A stretch of DNA of 63,860 nt, filler included, from Chrysochromulina tobinii (GCA_001275005.1; 6 parts of 6 records of this genome joined end to end with filler, not necessarily neighbours in it), one strand, 5' to 3'; shown: positions 39,669 through 52,367, numbered from the whole stretch's first letter. The notes: generated from the letters alone by a model not told the origin. Numbers and translations are program-made.

Positions 39669-42600
39669 GATGGTCGTGGTCGGGATGGCCTTGACGATCG
39701 TCGTCGCCTTCTTCTGGCGGAGCTTAAAGGTGCACACGATGATGGCGACGAGGAGCACGAAGGCAGTCACGCCCACCGCAACGCCGATCACCACACCCTG
39801 GGACACGCCGTCCCCGCTGCCCGCGCTCAAAGCCAGGCTGCCGGAGTTGATCGGCGGCGGGGGCGGAGCCGGCGGGGGCGGAGCGACGGCGATGGCCGTC
39901 GGTGCGACGTTGGCAACGGTCAGCACGGTGACGCCAAGGGCAGCGCTGAGTACGGCAGGCGTCCTCGCGAGTGTCGTCGCCCCAGCATTTGCCGCCGCCA
40001 GGCTCGGGTACACGATGGTGGCCTGGATGCCAACTGAGGCGGTGTAGACATTGAGCGTGATCACGGACGGGAACACGTTCATCTGGGTCGCCAGGCGGCT
40101 CTTGAATGCGTTCTGATCGAAGCTCGACACGTCGCCCGCCACGGTGAAGGTCGCTGTGATGGCGGCAACGTAGCTTGCGCCCGGCAGCAACGGCGGCGGC
40201 GGCCGCGGCGGTGGCCGCGGCGGCGAGGCCGGTGGCGAGGGTGGCGACGGTGGCGAGGCCGGTGGCGAGGGCGGCGAGGGCGGCGCCCGCGGAAACGCGA
40301 CGAGGGAGACGATGAGCTGGGGCGCTTCGCCCGTGGTGGAGAGGTGCGACTGCATGCCGCAGCCGTCGGAAAAGGTCGGCACTACGATCCAGCCGTAGTT
40401 GGGCGTGCCCGAGAGCCACGCCCTGACATTGTCGGTCACATCCACCGTGTGGGGGCCGGCCATGCACGGCATGTTGTGATCCGCCGCGCCGTAGGTGCTC
40501 GACGAGCCGCCAGTGATGCTGGTGGGCACGTACGGCAGCGAGACGTACGAGGTGGACATGCTCCACGGGACGAGGAGCTCGTGCAGCTCGCCCATGTTGC
40601 CCGGCGAGTTGCCGTCCCCGCCGATAACGTACCGGAGGGTCGCGGCCTGGAAGCGGCCCGCTGGAATCCCCGAAATGTTGAACCAGAGCAGCACGTAGTC
40701 GCGGTCCGTCTCATCTCGTGAGTTGCCGTCCCACCAGATGACGTTGTTCGGGTAGGGCGCTTGCGCTTGCACAGTTGTGGGCTGCGTCGAGCGGATCCAG
40801 GTCGACATGGAGGCGCTTGGGCCGGTGATAATGATGGCGTCGAGTGGCGGCGGGGGCGGCGGTGGTGGCTTGGGCGGCGGGCGGGGCGGCGAGGGCGGCC
40901 GCGAGGGCGGTGAGGGCGGCGCGGGCGGCGCTTGCTGATAGAAGACCCGCAGGTTGACGCGCCGGTCGGCGGGCGAGTTGCAGGAACGGAGAGCAGCACC
41001 GTTGTTGCCGCCCGTGGGCACCCAGATCCAGCCGTGGTTCGGTCCGCCCGATTGCCAGGCACCGACGGACATGGTGACGTCGATCTCATACCAGCCGGCC
41101 GGGGTGGCTGGTGCGATGCCAACCTCCACGGATCTGTAGTCCTCGTTCACGAGGAGGCCTCGGTTGCCCGCGAAGCTGTTGTACGTCGTGGTCGTGGCAG
41201 CCCATGGTTTGAGGATTTCGTGCAGGCTAGCATAGTCCCCGACGGAATCGGCCGAGGCCGAGAGGTCGACGAAGTAGCGAAGCTTGGCGCTCGTGATGAT
41301 ATCGTGCGGCTGGACGTGGTAACGCGCATTCCCAATGATGTCGGTGAACTGCACGAGGACATAGTCGCGGGTGCCAGCAACCTGCAGGCCATCCCACCAC
41401 AGATTCGTTGATTGCCACATGGCGGTATTCGGGGTACTCGATCTCAGCATCGTCGACTGGCACCCGCCGGAGACGGTGGCCGTCTCGCTGTTGAAATCGC
41501 GCATCCCGATGACCAGGGGCGAAGGCGACATGGGCGGCGGGATGGTGTAGGGGGGACGAGGCGGCGGCGAGGGCGACGGCGGCGCAAGAGGCGGGGTGGG
41601 CGGCGACGGCGGCGCGGGCGGCGCGTCAAAGTGCACCTCGAGCGCAGGCTGCTGCGCAACCGTAGCCCAATTTGCGGTGTAAATGCCGCAGCCGTCGCCA
41701 AAGGTCGGCACGAGGACCCAGCCGTGATTGGGCGTGCCCGTGAGCCACCTGTTGATGCTCGGCGTCACGTCGAGGGTTAGCGTGGCCCCGGCGAGAGGCG
41801 TAAAGACGTCGTTGACCGACGGGCCCCAGTACGTGTCGATGACCGCCAGAGGAAAGGGAAGAGGCATCTGCGGCATCGGCAGGTTGTTGTACGTCACGGT
41901 GCTCGCATTCCAGCCGCGGCGGAACTCGTGCATCTCCGCCACGTCGCCAGGGTTTGACACGGTGTAGCGGAAGAGCGCGCGGGAGATGGGAGCCATGCCC
42001 GATAGCGCGCTCAGGTCGAACTTGATCAGCGCGAAATCGACGTCGGTCCTGTGAGGGCGGCAGGTGGTCACGGGAGGAGAGAAGAACATGTGTGAGCAAA
42101 GGAGCGGAACGACGTCGGGATGAGGCCGGTGGGAGCAGCAGCTGATTTAGCTGAGCCGAACACGAGGGCAGAGAGAAGGTTTGTGCGCCGCTGGTGCGCG
42201 CGCACGCTGAATTTCCGTCCCAGACGGTCTCGGTGGCGGTGGCGAAGTTGATGGCCGGAGCAGTCATGCGCAGCCGCGCGTGCTGGGCGTTGCGGATCGT
42301 CATGACCGTGAACGGTGCGCGGGGCGGCGAGGGCGGCGGCGAGGGCGGCGGCGGCGGCGGCGGCGGCCGCGCGGGCGGCGAGGGCGGCCTGGGCGGCTGC
42401 TGCGCCACAAGCACGACCAGGTTGATGCGACGGTCTGGCGGCGCGCTGCACGAGCGCATCTGGGAGCCATCGTCAGATCCACCGAGAGACTGCGGCGATG
42501 GCATCCAGATCCAGCCGTTGTTGGTGTTGACGCCGCTGACCCAGCTCCGGACGCTCGCCGTCACATCGATTTCGAACCAGCCCGACCGATTCGCGAACGT

Positions 42601-45600
42601 GGTCGCAATCGCTGGCGTGCGGTACTCGGCCTCGTTGAGGCCTTGCGCGCCCACGAAGGTGCGGAACGTCGTGGAGCTCGCGTCCCACTCTTTCGAGATC
42701 TCGTGCACCTGGGCGGTGGCGCCTGGCGCGTCGGCGAAGAATGTTGGGTCCACGTAGTACCGGAGCGTCGCGCGTTGGATATACTCGTGCGGGCGCAGCT
42801 GGTTCGGCCCGGACCCGATGATGTCGGGGAACTGCACGAGCACCGAGTCGAAGTGGCCGACGGAGCTCTGCCCGTCCCACAACAGGCCCGTGTCTTGGGC
42901 GCCGATGTAGTCGGGCGTGTCGGAGCGGATCCACGTCGACTGGCAGCCGCCCGTGTAGCTCGAGTTTTCGCTGTTGTATGTGTATGTCAAGGACGGGAAG
43001 CTATCGAACGACGGCGGCGGCAACAGGGGCGGCGGCGACGGCGGCGGCGGCGGTGAAGGCGGCAGCGGGGGGCAGGTGAAGCTGGCGTTGACAAAGCCTC
43101 GACGGTTGGGCAAGTTGAAGAGCGACCAGCCATCGAGCCAGTTGACGCTGCCGAACGCGCCCTTGTACGTGGTCGCGCTGTAGAAGGCGTCGCCGTTGGG
43201 CACCGGGTCGACGTTCGAGTACGCGGCCGAGCCGCACGCGGGGCGCGGGTCGATCGGAACCATGCTGGTCTCGGTGAACGTGCCACCTGCGATGAGCGGA
43301 TCCGCGTTCACAAAGGTCGGCACCGTGCCATTGCATGGCGCCACAATTTGGAAGCCGACGGAGGGGTTCTGGATGATGTTGTTCGACGAGAAGAACAGGT
43401 ACGTGCCCAACGACACAGACGACGCCGGCAGCACCGACACAATCGAGGGCGGTGTGTCCTGGATCGCGCCGGCAGAGGTGTCGATGCAGGTATCGATGCG
43501 GATGCCAGGGTGCGTTGCGACATTGGCGAGGATGAGGTTGCCAAACTTGCCGCCCGTGGCCGTGCGCATGCGCATCATCGCGTTGCTCACGCGCATCGAG
43601 AGGGCGCCCGCGCCCACGAGGGTCATGCCGTAAAAGGCCGGGTGCGAGCGCGGCGTGCTCCCGTACCTCGAGTCCATCTCCGCGCCGTGGTTGCCCACAG
43701 CGCCGAGCAGAGCGAACAGGAACTGGCCCTTGCCGACGTAGCCCTCGTCCGTGTCGAAGGCGTCGTCGCCCGCGAAGAGCACCGACAGGTACTTGACGTC
43801 CACGGTGCCCCCGAAGAACCCGAAGCCGTCGGCCGCGTTATACGCCACCTCGCAGTACGCGACCGTCGTGCCGGAGCCGACGCCGCCAAAGGCGATGCCA
43901 CTGATGAGGCCGTTATTGCTCATTACACCGCCATGCCACACGCGCACGTACTGAAGAGTGCCCGACGAGTCGGTCACCACGGTGCCGCCGTACGTGTAGC
44001 CGGTGGAATATTGCAAGGCATACAGCTGCGTGGTGGTCGGCACGATGGTCGGCGCGTTGCCGAGCAGGATGAGGCCGCCCCACTTGCCGCGCTCGCCCAG
44101 CGCAAAGGCATTGCTGGAGAAGTATGGCACGGCGGTGGCGGAGCCGCTCAGTGCGCTCTCAGAGAGAATGGTCGTCAGAGTGATCGGGCTGCTCGCCGTG
44201 CCCGCCGCCAAGAGCATGCCGCCCTTCAAGACCACGAGCGCCGGAGCGGCAACGCCGTTGGGCACGGGCAGCGCAAAGATGGTGGTGCCGGCAGGGATCG
44301 TGAGCGTGACACCCGATTGCACGAAGACCTGGGAGGCGAGAATGTACGAGATGTTCGAGCCGAGGGCCGTGTTGGAAGAATAGTTGCTCGACAGCAAGGC
44401 GACATTCGGAAGCAGTGTCGCAAACGGCGGCGTCAGGGCCGCTCTCGCAGCGCTAGAAGCGCACGTGGATCCAACCATCTTGCCGCTGCAGGCGAGCCAC
44501 GAGTAGCCGGCGAGCCAGTTGCCCGTCGAGGAGCTGAACGCGCCCTTGCAGCTCACCAACGAGAAGAAGGGGTCGCCGTTGGGTGCTGCGTCCTTGGTGC
44601 CCGTGCACGCCAAGCCGCTGGCCAACGGCAGAGGGTTGAAGGTGGCGGAGCCCTCCGCGAGGTCAGTGGTGGCGACCGCAACGAAGCCAGGGGCGCCAGA
44701 GACCGCCGTCCACGTGTCCGCGGGCGTGCAGGCGGCGACGCCAGAGCCACCGGCGAACAGAGCGAACTGCGACGCAGCCGTCGCCGTGTCGATGATGTTG
44801 TTGGCCGAGAAGTACAAGTATCCGGGGTCCGAAATGCTGACCGAGGCCGCCGGCAGCGTCTGCGTGTAGCTCAGCGTCGAGCCGCAGTCCTCGAAGAGGA
44901 CGCCGTTCAGGTGCGGGTGCGCGAGGATGCCGTTGCCAAACTTGCCACCCGTGCCGTCGTTGACGCGCATCAGCTCGCCCGCGCGCGCGCCAGTACCGGT
45001 GCCTCCGCCGATCAAGGTGAACGAGTAGAATGCCGGGTGCGAGCGCGGGGTCGCGTCTTGATTCGGGCCGAGGCCCGAGTCGATCTCCATCGAGTGGTCG
45101 CCACCCAGGCCCTCGATGACGAACAGGAACTGGCCCTTGCCGACGTAGCCCTGGTCCATGTCGAAGCCGTCGTCGCCCATGAAGAGCACCGACAGGTACT
45201 CGACGTTCACGGTGCCGCCGAAGAACTCGAAGCCGTCGTCCACGTTGAACGCCACCTCGCAGTGGTCGACGACGGTGCCGGAGCCGACGCCGCCGAAGGT
45301 GATGCCGTTGATCTCGTTGCCCGCGCCCATGACCGCGCCGCCGTGCCACACGCGCACGTACTGCAGGGTGCCCGACGAGTCGGTCGGATTGCTGCCGCCG
45401 TACGTGTAGCCGGTGATGCCCTCGATCTGCGTGCTGGTCGCCACGTTGGTCGGCGCATTGCCGAGCAGGATCAGCCCGCCCCACTTGCCGCGCGTCGCAA
45501 GAACGGTAGAGTCGGTCGACACCGACGACGACGATGACTCGGTGGGGTTGAAGGCAGTAAAGGTGATCGGCGCAGTCGCAGAGCCCTCGGCGAGCAGAGA

Positions 45601-46622
45601 GCCGCCCTTCTCGATGATCAGGGCGGGCACGCCGCCGCCACCGGCAGCCACCGGCGAGGCGTAAATCGTGACGCCCTGCGCGATACGCAGCACGATGCCC
45701 GAGGGCACGAACACCTGGCATGTGAGAACGTAGGTTGGACCCCCCGCGAAGAGGAACGTGTCTTCCGAGAGGGTGCCGCACAGAGCAGGCGGCGAAAAAA
45801 AGGGGCTGACGCGATTGGTCGTCGTGTTGTCGCCGAGCTGGCCGTTGCCGTTGGAGCCCCAGCACTTGAGGGGCGTGCTGTTCGTCAGGTACGCGCACGT
45901 GTGGGAGTACCCGAGCGCCAGCAGCCCGACGGCGCCCCAGAAGTTGATCGTGGTCGGGGTGGCGCGTTGGGTCGTAGTCCCGTCGCCGAGCTGGCCGTTG
46001 CCGTTGGAGCCCCAGCACTTGAGGAGCGTGCTGCTCGTCAAGTACGCGCACGTGTGGTAGTACCCGAGCGCCAGCAGCCCGACGGCGCCGCCGACGTCGA
46101 TCGTGGTCGGGGTGGCGCGTTGGGCCGTAGTCCCGTCGCCGAGCTGGCCGTTGCCGTTGTAGCCCCAGCACTTGAGGATCGTGCTGCTCGTCAGGTACGC
46201 GCACGTGTGGTAGATCCCGAGCGCCAGCAGCGCGACGGCGCCGCCGACGTCGATCGTGGTCGGGGTGGCGCGATTGGTCGTCGTATTATCGCCAAGCTGG
46301 CCGTAGTTGTTGTAGCCCCAGCACTTGAGGATCGTGCTGCTCGTCAGGTACGCGCACGTGTGGGAGTACCCGAGCGCCAGCAGCCCGACGGCGCCGCCGA
46401 CGTTGATCGTGGTCGGGGTGGCGCGTTGGGCCGTCGTGCCGTCGCCGAGCTGGCCGTAGTAGTTGTCGCCCCAGCACTTGAGGAGCGTGCTGTTCGTCAG
46501 GTACGCGCACGTGTGGTGGTATCCGAGCGCCAGCAGCCCGACGGCGCCGCCGACGTTGATCGTGGTCGGGGTGGCGCGTTGGGCCGTCGTGCCGTCGCCG
46601 AGCTGGCCGTACCTGTTGGCGC
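39669..46622 (-). CDS. Giant modular cell-surface protein: RCC1-like repeats, 2 beta-helix modules, 4 DNRLRE-like domains with SPPP linkers, and TM; intron 42049-42205; truncated at both ends
   Basis: RCC1 repeats HTCAYL...LKCWG.N..GQLGDGTT with a 153-nt period, two beta-helix modules, four T.IRS..WDG..LVQF..ATLRY..HE..W..IDVT..V..W.SG..N.GW domains and TM VVIGVAVGVTAFVLLVAIIVC. The intron restores WDGNSA|TDVDF. Confidence 0.88.
45810..46622 (-). repeat. 153-nt tandem coding repeat (RCC1-like blades), about 5 copies
   Basis: CAGCACTTGAG anchors at 45860, 46013, 46166, 46319 and 46472. Confidence 0.92.
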
Positions 46623-46722
46623 NNNNNNNNNNNNNNNNNNNNNNNNNNNNNNNNNNNNNNNNNNNNTTAATTAATTAANNNNNNNNNNNNNNNNNNNNNN
46701 NNNNNNNNNNNNNNNNNNNNNN
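46623..46722. other. Artificial contig-joining spacer
   Basis: N44-TTAATTAATTAA-N44. Confidence 0.97.
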
Positions 46723-48307
46723 GGCGCCCCCGGTGCCGCTGCCGCCGCTGCCGCCCCTGCCGCCGCTGCCGCCCCTGCCGCCCCTGCCGCCCCTGCCGCC
46801 CCTGCCGCCCCTGCCGCCCCTGCCGCCGCTGCCGCCGCTGCCGCCGCTGCCGCCGCGGCGTCGTCTCGTAACGAATCCGCGGCAGGGTTGATGAGGGACG
46901 CAATCATAGGCAATCAACATGCAATCAACAGTAACGAATCCGCGGCAGGGTTGCTCGTGTTCCGCTCCGCTGGTCGTACAGAATTGCTCCGCTGCCTCGG
47001 CTGGCGCGTTTATTCAGATCCGTTCCAAGTTGAACAAGCCGTGGCTGTGCTCGAGGCGGCCGGCCAGTACGAGCGAGCCGCAATCACAGCCATCTTCCAA
47101 AGCGGCGCGCATCCGGCGTACGATGAGCTGGGGCGAGCGGTGCGCTGCCTGGAGCGAGGTGGTGCGGCGAGCGCGGCGACGGCGCCCGAGCGTTCCTCGG
47201 CGCTCCGCATGATGGCGATGGTGCTCGCTGGCTTCCAGCCACGCGCACCTCTGTGGTGGTCGACTGTGCACTCGACCGCTGCCTCACTCTCGTCGCCGCA
47301 CCTGCGCCTGCTGCTCGCCGTCCTGTGCTCGTCCCTCTCGAGCATCGGCCTCAGCGGGAATCACTCGGGGGTCCGCAGCAGTACTGACGGCGGCAGCGGC
47401 GGGGGAAGGGGCAGCGGCGCCGGCGCCGGCGCCGGGGGCCTCGTGCGTGACACCTCGTTGGACTCATCGGGGCCCGATGTGATCGACATCTCCCCCTCCA
47501 CCTCGCCAGTCCCCAGCTCTCCCCCCTATTCTCCCCCCGTGCGCTCTCCGGTGCTACGAGGCACGCCGATGCGCTCGGGTGCCGACTTCGTCGGCGTCGC
47601 CGTCGGCCCCGAGCCGCCCCACGTTACCACGTCGATCCCTGGTGGAGGGCACGGCGCACATTTAGAGCACGGCGCACATTCAGAGCACGGCGACTCTTCA
47701 CAGATGCTGCAGCAGCTGGTGGTGGAGGCAGAGGGAGGCGCGCTCGATGGCGATCCGCACGGCGGCGCGCTCTCGGCTGCCGATGACTTTTACACCGACG
47801 CCCTCGCGATGGCATGCCGCTTCCTCCCCGACACACAGCTCCGCTCCCTCCTGCGCCGCCTGGTGACCGTAGCACGCGACGCTGGCTCGCTCGGCGCTCT
47901 CAGCCTAACGGGTCTCGGTCCTTCAGCGGTGCCCCTCCTCCAAGCGTACTTGGATCGAACTGCCGACGTGCAGTCGGTTGTGCTGCTCTGTGCGCACGGG
48001 CCTGCCTCTCTCCTCCGCCACGAGCGCGTGCAGCGATGGTTGAAGCTGTACGCGGAGATGCTCAACCAGTGGCGCTTATACCACGCGCGCTGTGCGCTCG
48101 ACATCGCGGTGGCCGCGAAGCTGAGGGAAGCTGGGCCGCCGCTGCCGCCGCCGCTGCCGCCGCCGTCTGCTTCGTTGCGCCCGAGCCTGGCGACCCTTGT
48201 GGAGCCCAGTGCACAGGTGTACGCGCGCTGTGGCTACTGTGCCAACCCGTTGACGACCAATGGGGCGCGCCATCTTGGGCGCTCTCCCGCGTCGGAGAGC
48301 GGCGGGA

Positions 48308-48341
<34 letters not shown>

Positions 48342-48843
48342 AAACGGCGGGAGCGGGAGCGGGAGCGGCGGTGGCGGCGGCGGCGGTGGTGGCATCGGCA
48401 GCGGAGGCGCCGGGGGTCGCGCGGGCGGCGGCGACGGCCCCGGGGGATCAGGGGGGTTTGGCGGCGGCGGTGGCTCTCCAATGGCACTCACGAGCCGACA
48501 ATCGACGTCTGCGCGCGGCGCTCCCAAGGCCACTCGCTGCCCGAATCCACGCTGCCTCAAGCCGCTCCCCCGATGCGCCGTCTGCCAGCAGCATCTCGGC
48601 TGCCCTGATCCCGACCCGCTCGGACGGCCTTCGCCGGACGTCGACGCGCCCGCCGGCGCGCCCGACGAGGCGTGGGGTGCCATCTCGTCGGCCTTTGGCC
48701 ACTGGATGGTGTGGTGCCAGCACTGCCGCCACGGAGGGCACGCCTCACACATCCTCGAGTGGTTTGAGCAGCACAACGAGTGTGCCGTCTCGGGCTGCTC
48801 GTGCAAGTGCGCACAGCTCGACCGCGCTGCATTGTCAACATAA
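46723..48843 (+). CDS. MIOS: GATOR2 complex protein MIOS/Sea4, C-terminal part (5'-truncated)
   Basis: LQAYLDRTADVQS, W...Y.EMLNQWRLYHARCALD and C-terminal CLKPLPRCAVC...WMVWCQHCRHGGHASHILEWF..H.ECAVSGCSCKC zinc/RING domain. Confidence 0.9.
46868..46953. mobile_element. 40-nt antisense insertion with 23-nt target-site-like duplication
   Basis: GTAACGAATCCGCGGCAGGGTTG at 46868-46890 and 46931-46953 flanks ATGAGGGACGCAATCATAGGCAATCAACATGCAATCAACA. Confidence 0.75.
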
Positions 48844-49119
48844 GACGTTTTCCTTTTCGTCGCATGGGTTTTGTCGGTGCCCGATCTAATGGGTAACATC
48901 AAACATGTACAGGACTGTGTGGCTTTGGCGAAATTTCTATAAACCACGAAATCTCTACAAATCTCTGCATGACTGTGATCGAACCCCGGACGACCAAAGC
49001 CAATATGCTCCCGGCGCCGGACTAGGCGACACACCACCTTCAAATTCGAAATTCCCCCACCGCACACCACGCAGGGGATCCCTTCATTATACGTATAGCG
49101 CGGCTCATTTATAACTCAC

Positions 49120-52008
49120 TCACTCAGCCAATATTCTCGCCCACGACGAACGCCTGTGGAGCTTTGTCGAGTTGGCAAGGAAGGTCCACGCCGTCTCGTA
49201 GGTAGGATGGAATTCGGGCTGGTAAGAGATGTCCGCCGCGCCAGTGAGCTTCGAGAAGAGCGGCTCGGCCTTCTCCCACTCCGCGTCGCTGATCGGCTGG
49301 TCGAGCCGCTCGGCCATCCCAAGCATTCGGAACATGAGCGAATTCGGTAACCATTGGAGCAGTCTTGTCTGCCGCGTGTCCTTGATGCCTCGCTGGAATT
49401 CATGAATCATTTGTCCATTGAGGGACGTGCGCACATTCTTGCGCGTGACGCCCACTAGAATTTGGCTGAACGGAGGGTCAACGACTGCGTGCGCGCCGTA
49501 GCATTCCTCGGAGGTCCTATAGGGCGTGACGCGTGACTTTTTCCTGCGACAGGGCACGCCACCGGCGGGCCAGCAGCAGCAGCACGTGGCGCACACGCAC
49601 ATGAGCACCAAGACAAGCAGCAGCAGCAGGAAAAGCACGAAGAGTGCAATCGTCGGCAGAGAGTTGACGTGGTTGGGGACGTCGTAGATTGAGGTCAACC
49701 AGAAATTGAGCGCCGGAAGCTCGAGCACCCCAGCGTCGGTGTTCATCCGTTTCGGCTCGTCCATGGCCTCCCGGAGCGTCTGGTTGTCGAAGGGACGCGA
49801 CCAGGCACCTGCTCGCACCCGCCACGTAGGCAGCTCTGCAAAGCCCCAGAACGTGAAGCCCACATGGAGCAACACGGTCCACGGCATCCACCAGAGCGTG
49901 GCCTCGATCAGCTTGTACGAGTAGGGTTGCGGCGTCGTGTGCAGGTAGAGCAGCGCGAAGCGCTCGCACAGCCACGAGCCGATGAAAAAGGCTGCTCCGG
50001 TGAGGTAGAGGATGGGGAGCACGCCAGCGTACGCAATCACAATGAAGAAATGCGCGTACGCGGTGCCAAGAAACGTGGGAAGGTCAAATTGGGGGCCAGA
50101 ATACAGCTTCTCCATGTCAGCGCGGTGGCGTTTGCCGTTCGCCGAGCAGCGCTTCTTGCAGTTAAACATGATGTACGGCACCCAGGGGGCCGTGAGGGCA
50201 GTGATCGCCTCAACGACCATTGCGGAGACGAGCAAAGTGCCCACGTCGAGGTGCCACAGCCATGACATCGTGAGGTGCGGGCCACGCATGATGAGGCCCT
50301 TGGGCCCGATGCCGCAGCAGATGAGCTTCGGGCACTGGCAATCGGGTTCATAGGAGCGATAGAACTCGGGCGGCGGCGCGGCCATCAGCAGGAGGGTGAC
50401 GAAACCCGTGTTGAACGCCTGCGCAAGGAAGATGGTCACCACTTGGTTCTGATGCCTGCCAGAGAGGGTTGGGTAACGCCCGAAATCACCAAGGGTGCTG
50501 ACGATCATCCCTATCGACGTGTTCACCATCACGAGGATGATCGAGGCGAGGAGAGGGAAGAGGCTGTCCACCATAATCTTCTTCGTCTCGGGGTCCCACT
50601 CGTTGAACAGTGCGTCTGGGTCCATCTTGGCCGCCTCTACCCCGATGATGACGCCGAAGCTGACGGGAAGGATGGCGACGAGCAATGCAGTCGCGATCAG
50701 GCGGCGACAGAAGGTGGTGAACGCCTTGAAGTCGAGGCGCAGCAGCCGATACGGCAAGTTCTCGTGCAGCACGTCGCGCGGATGCGGCGGCACGAAGGCG
50801 CGAAGCCGCCATCCTTTGTCACAGCAGCCACTCGGCGTCGTGCTGCGGAAGCGCCTCGCCTTGGGCTGCGTGATGTAGCCCCAGCCTCCTGGGTACAGTT
50901 CGAGCGCGGCGTTGCGTACGGGCTGCTCTTCAAAGATGACAAAGGCGCCGCAAACGTTCGTGATGGACGTGCTGGTAGTGATGGCCTTGCGCGTCTTCTT
51001 CAATCGCGAAGAGAGGCTCTCAATCTTAGTCTTGAGTTTTCCGATCACCTGCGTTTGCCGCCACACGGCAGGCCGTTCCTTGCGGAGCGCATTTTCGATG
51101 CGCAACTTGCGCTCAATGATGGCGTACTCGCGCTCGAGGGGAGTCTGCTGGACCGCATTGCGCAGCACGCTTGCGCAGTCCGTGATCAGGGCCACGTCCC
51201 ATACGGCGCACTCCTCGCGGCTCTTGCCGGTCGCCGCGGCGACGATAGTCTCGAGGTGCTCCTTGATCTCTTCCTTGGTTGCGTCTTGAGGCATGCCGTG
51301 CAGCTGGATCGCATACTCCGAAGTGAAGACATTGTTCGCCTCGTTGATGTCGTTGATCGATTCCACGCGGTTTCGGAAGCGCCGGACGCCCAGGAACAAC
51401 AGCACCGAGAAGAGCGCCTCGAGCAACCCGGCTACCGTGTTCATCGTCTTGCACCCGTCGTCACGGCATTCCGAGCGAGCGGCGATGGACAATTGGAGCA
51501 ACGCGGTTGGGTAGGTGTCCAACGCAACCGCCGAGAAGACTTCATGTGCGCGCGCGGCGGAGAAGGCGTACGATGGTACTGAGAGGAGCGCGCCCAAGAG
51601 GCAGTAGCCCGCGCAAAACTTGAGAAAGTCGAGGTACAAGGTCGGAACGAGGCCCACGGCATCGAGCACGTCGTTGGCAGGCGCGAGGAATTTCAGCTTT
51701 TCCACGGCGCCGTCGGCGCGCTTCTTGCGAGGGTGCACGGTGTTTGCTTGCTCCTCGGCTCTCTCTTTGGCCCACTTGAGCCACTCCTTGAGCTCACTGC
51801 GGGTCTTTACCTCCGGTTCGGCGGCCTCGGCAGCCAGTTTGGTAGCGGCCGCGGCCGCAATATCGGCTGCGGCTGCATTACGGAGCACCAGCATTTCGTC
51901 ATGCCGCAGCGCGCATTTTCCAATTTGGTTGAGCATCTCGCTCACGGCGTTCTGATCAGGAGGTGCTTTGTCAGTGCCATCCTCCTTCTTGGGCTCCACC
52001 TCGGCCAT
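49120..52008 (-). CDS. OSCA/TMEM63 (CSC1)-like multi-pass ion channel
   Basis: About 10 TM segments. LYLDFLKF, SEYAIQLHGMP, GAFVIFEE, PHPRDVLHENL, AQAFNTG, LYSGPQFDL, YAGVLPILY and ERFALL..PQPY motifs. Confidence 0.8.
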   Translation of the reverse strand: MAEVEPKKEDGTDKAPPDQNAVSEMLNQIGKCALRHDEMLVLRNAAAADIAAAAATKLAAEAAEPEVKTRSELKEWLKWAKERAEEQANTVHPRKKRADGAVEKLKFLAPANDVLDAVGLVPTLYLDFLKFCAGYCLLGALLSVPSYAFSAARAHEVFSAVALDTYPTALLQLSIAARSECRDDGCKTMNTVAGLLEALFSVLLFLGVRRFRNRVESINDINEANNVFTSEYAIQLHGMPQDATKEEIKEHLETIVAAATGKSREECAVWDVALITDCASVLRNAVQQTPLEREYAIIERKLRIENALRKERPAVWRQTQVIGKLKTKIESLSSRLKKTRKAITTSTSITNVCGAFVIFEEQPVRNAALELYPGGWGYITQPKARRFRSTTPSGCCDKGWRLRAFVPPHPRDVLHENLPYRLLRLDFKAFTTFCRRLIATALLVAILPVSFGVIIGVEAAKMDPDALFNEWDPETKKIMVDSLFPLLASIILVMVNTSIGMIVSTLGDFGRYPTLSGRHQNQVVTIFLAQAFNTGFVTLLLMAAPPPEFYRSYEPDCQCPKLICCGIGPKGLIMRGPHLTMSWLWHLDVGTLLVSAMVVEAITALTAPWVPYIMFNCKKRCSANGKRHRADMEKLYSGPQFDLPTFLGTAYAHFFIVIAYAGVLPILYLTGAAFFIGSWLCERFALLYLHTTPQPYSYKLIEATLWWMPWTVLLHVGFTFWGFAELPTWRVRAGAWSRPFDNQTLREAMDEPKRMNTDAGVLELPALNFWLTSIYDVPNHVNSLPTIALFVLFLLLLLVLVLMCVCATCCCCWPAGGVPCRRKKSRVTPYRTSEECYGAHAVVDPPFSQILVGVTRKNVRTSLNGQMIHEFQRGIKDTRQTRLLQWLPNSLMFRMLGMAERLDQPISDAEWEKAEPLFSKLTGAADISYQPEFHPTYETAWTFLANSTKLHRRSSWARILAE

Positions 52009-52367
52009 TTGTGAGCAGAGGTCGGAGGGGGCGGCGCAGGGTTACACTCGCAGAACAAGTACGTTCCGGGGAACTAGCAGAATTTGCGGCCTGTCCACCC
52101 GTCTTCGCATGCGGGAGTGGCGACGCGGATGACGAGGCGCAACGGCTGCGCTTCCGATCAAGTACGTACCGGTAGATTCCGTCGGCGCTCAATGAATCGC
52201 GCCGAACTTTCTAGATACCAATTTTGGTCTCAGAGCGGCGCGCTTTCTGCTTTTAAATTCATGTGGGGCTCCACATTCATTTTATAGCTGTGCCGGTTCA
52301 CACTCGAGATTGGACTTGCGCTTGACTTGCCTTTGACGACGTTCGTGTTTGTGCCCGCCGGAAGTCC

